DNA of 20,658 nucleotides. Origin: Hyaloraphidium curvatum SAG 235-1 (Eukaryota; Fungi; Monoblepharomycota). The stretch is taken from positions 1 to 20,658 of the forward strand of contig JAIVFI010000053.1 in assembly GCA_025558095.1 (NCBI GenBank). Direction: 5' to 3'. Under the pieces are notes generated by a model, which was not told the DNA's origin, ran no database searches, and worked only from the letters and a program-made list of their open reading frames with translations. The position numbers were made by a program, and so were the translations under genes. Below, one piece after another: positions 18,561 to 20,658 of the stretch (the stretch's first letter is position 1; the number at the start of each line of letters is the position of its first letter).

Positions 18561-18998
18561 ATGCGCGTGTACCCCGTTGTTACGATCTGCGGCGAAGGCC
18601 CCGTCGTCGTCCTCTCCTCCTCCGCCGAGGCCGCCGCGCTCCGCGCCAAGGACCACTTCGGCCTTCCCCCCGACGCCTTCGGCCCGACGTCGTTCGAGGT
18701 CCGCGGCTCCCCCGACAAGGTCTACGTCGTCGGAAGCTGGGAGCGGGGATGCTGCGCGGGACTGCTCGGCGTCTACGCGGACGAGGGGACGGCCAACGCG
18801 GCGGCTGCGCGGCCGCCCACGCTGGCGCAGATACTGGCGAACCAGGTCGAGAAGGTGGTCAGGGAGTGCCCGGTGTTTGCGACCGTCGCGGAGTACGAAG
18901 CGTTCCAGACGGATGAGGACGAGAAGGGGAGGGCCGAGTACGAAGCCAGAGTGGCCGAGAGGAAGAAGAAGCAGAAGGCCGCACGCGACGCGGTTTGA
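18561..18998 (+). CDS. Hypothetical protein, 145 aa, intronless
   Basis: ATG-initiated ORF with strong G/C third-position bias; KVYVV..GVYADEGTA motif and charged C-terminal helix. Confidence 0.7.
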   Translation: MRVYPVVTICGEGPVVVLSSSAEAAALRAKDHFGLPPDAFGPTSFEVRGSPDKVYVVGSWERGCCAGLLGVYADEGTANAAAARPPTLAQILANQVEKVVRECPVFATVAEYEAFQTDEDEKGRAEYEARVAERKKKQKAARDAV

Positions 18999-19460
18999 TC
19001 TCTGGTGGGATCGCAGTCATTGCCACCGCATGATCAGATTGACAGGATGCTGACTCGTTTCCGCTCCAGATGCGAAGGTGCCGGAACTGAAGTCGGCCGG
19101 AACGAGGCCGGGCGATTGGGCGAGTGCGGACATGAATCAGATCAAATGGAGGCGATGCCCGTAGAATTCAATCAGGGAGGATCAACACCTATCTGGCGCA
19201 ATGTCGATCGCGGGAACTCGCACGGCTAAGGACCTTGACGCCCCCGTTCATTGCTGGCTTCGTCTTTCGTCCCCGTTTTGGTTGGCAGTGCTGCCGGCGG
19301 CCCACATGAAGGTTCCGGCGAAGGATTACGACCTCGTGGGCTGGAACATGGCGCTCCATACCATATAGGACATCGTAAACGCGTGATCGGCTGCCTCACG
19401 GGACCGGCGGCGGGACTGCGGTCGCCCACCGTCTCCTTTCATCTCGTCCGCCCCCCCAAA

Positions 19461-20658
19461 ATGGACGAGGACTTTTCGGCGCCGACGCAGCGCGGCCCCC
19501 GCGCGCCGCCGGTCTCGGTCTCGGCACCGGTATTGCCGGCTGTCGTGATCCAGCCGGTTTTCGGCGCCGGCGGGCTCGTCGAGACGCGTCCGCCGCCGTC
19601 GGCGCAGTCCGCGCGGGCGCCGTCGCCGCCGCCCGCGAAGCCGCCGGAAAAACAGCGGCGATCGAACGACGCGCCGCGGCGGCCGCCGGACCCGCCGCCG
19701 ATCGCCGTGGGGGGCCGGAACATGCTGGGCCGCGGTTGGGGCAAGCTCAAGGCCGCGGTCAAGGGCGCCCCGGCCTTCTCGCCCGTTACGTCGCGGGCAA
19801 AGGACATGCCGGAGGACTCGGATTCGGACGCGTCGGATAGGGAGCGCGATTCCGAGGATGTGGAAAGGGACAAGGACACCCAGCTGCTGAAGGTCTGGGA
19901 GGACGACGGCCCGGCCTCGGGCAAGAAGCTGTTCGGGAGCAAGGGCGATGAGGGCGAAAAGGTCGAAGGCGGCGAAGGCAGAGAATGGAAGGTCCGCTAT
20001 TTGGCCGTGACCGGTGGGTGGTAGCGACCGCGCTGCCGCGAGACGCGTCCCAACGGTGCCGCCCAACTTCCCAGGCCTCACGTCGGCGCACCCGATACTG
20101 CACAAGCTGCGCCTGGTCGTCTCGTCGGATCCGACTTCTGGCCTCGTGCCCGTGCACTCGTGGCCGCTCTCGTCGCTTCGCTCCATCGCGCTCTACTCGA
20201 CCCCGCGCTCGAGCTTCATCGTCTCTTTCGCGGGCAGCAAGCGCCTTGGCTTCCAGGAGGCCAAGGAATACGTGTGGGTGGCCGAGGCCGACGACAAGAG
20301 GGGCGAGTTTTTGCGGACCGTGTGGGGCGCCATGACCGCGGACGAGAAGCCGCCGTCAAGCTCGACGGGTGCGACTCGGATTTCGGGCTCCCGCCCATGG
20401 ACAAGTCGGAGCAGCAGCGCGAACGCGAGCGCGAGAGGGAGCGCGAGCGGCGGCGTGAGGCCGAGCGGGAAAAGGCACCCGCAGCGGCTTCCACCCTCTC
20501 GCGAAAGCAGCGGCCCGCCGCGCAACCCGCTGCGACCCCCACCACTCCCGCCCCGGAATCCGCCGCCCGTCGCAGGTCTCACCCAGCCCTTCCCCGCGCT
20601 CCACCTCCCTCAAGCCTGCCTCCCCGGTGCCGCCCTCGGCCGCGTCTTCCGCCCAGGA
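19461..20658 (+). CDS. Protein with Sec3/amisyn-like PH (PIP2-binding) domain; partial at window edge; intron 20014-20074; apparent frameshift at ~20350
   Basis: AAA-ATG at 19461 and a Pro-rich N-terminus. Spliced KVRYLAVTG..ILHKLR..SWPLSSLRSI..FIVSF..KEYVWVAE..KRGEFLRTVW fits the Sec3 N-terminal PH pattern. It continues in a shifted frame as AAVKLDG..QRERERERERERRRE. Confidence 0.65.

Noticed and set aside
20415-20470. GAGCGC-like short tandem repeats
   Set aside because: Encodes the RERERE low-complexity tract; not a CRISPR or satellite.
1-20658. Prokaryotic or viral origin of the whole window; tRNA/rRNA/CRISPR/transposase
   Set aside because: Multiple frame-restoring spliceosomal introns show it is eukaryotic; no RNA-gene, array, terminal-repeat or transposase signature was recognised by eye.

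Overview
GC-rich, gene-dense eukaryotic DNA with short spliceosomal introns (mostly 51-64 nt, CTGAC/CTAAC/CTCAC-type branch sites). The style suggests an early-diverging fungus or a protist, but that is inference only. I assembled about 15 gene models by hand: a UDP-glucuronate 4-epimerase-like SDR, an orphan ORF, a degenerate adenylate-forming (ANL)-like protein, an MCT-type MFS transporter, a 2OG-Fe(II) oxygenase, a CruF-like membrane protein, a DUF1648 membrane protein, an ankyrin-repeat protein, a 761-aa unknown ending in a PP1-docking-like motif, a secreted and probably GPI-anchored LRR protein, a head-to-head ICMT-like/CPBP (CAAX protease-like) pair only 74 bp apart, a small unknown, and a Sec3-like PH-domain gene running off the right edge; a possible gene end at the left edge is uncertain. 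Several genes look bacterial-type. Caveat: there are several apparent 1-nt indels, one in-frame TAA and one GA-AG intron. These could be real biology or sequencing/assembly errors. No rRNA, tRNA, CRISPR or transposase was recognised.
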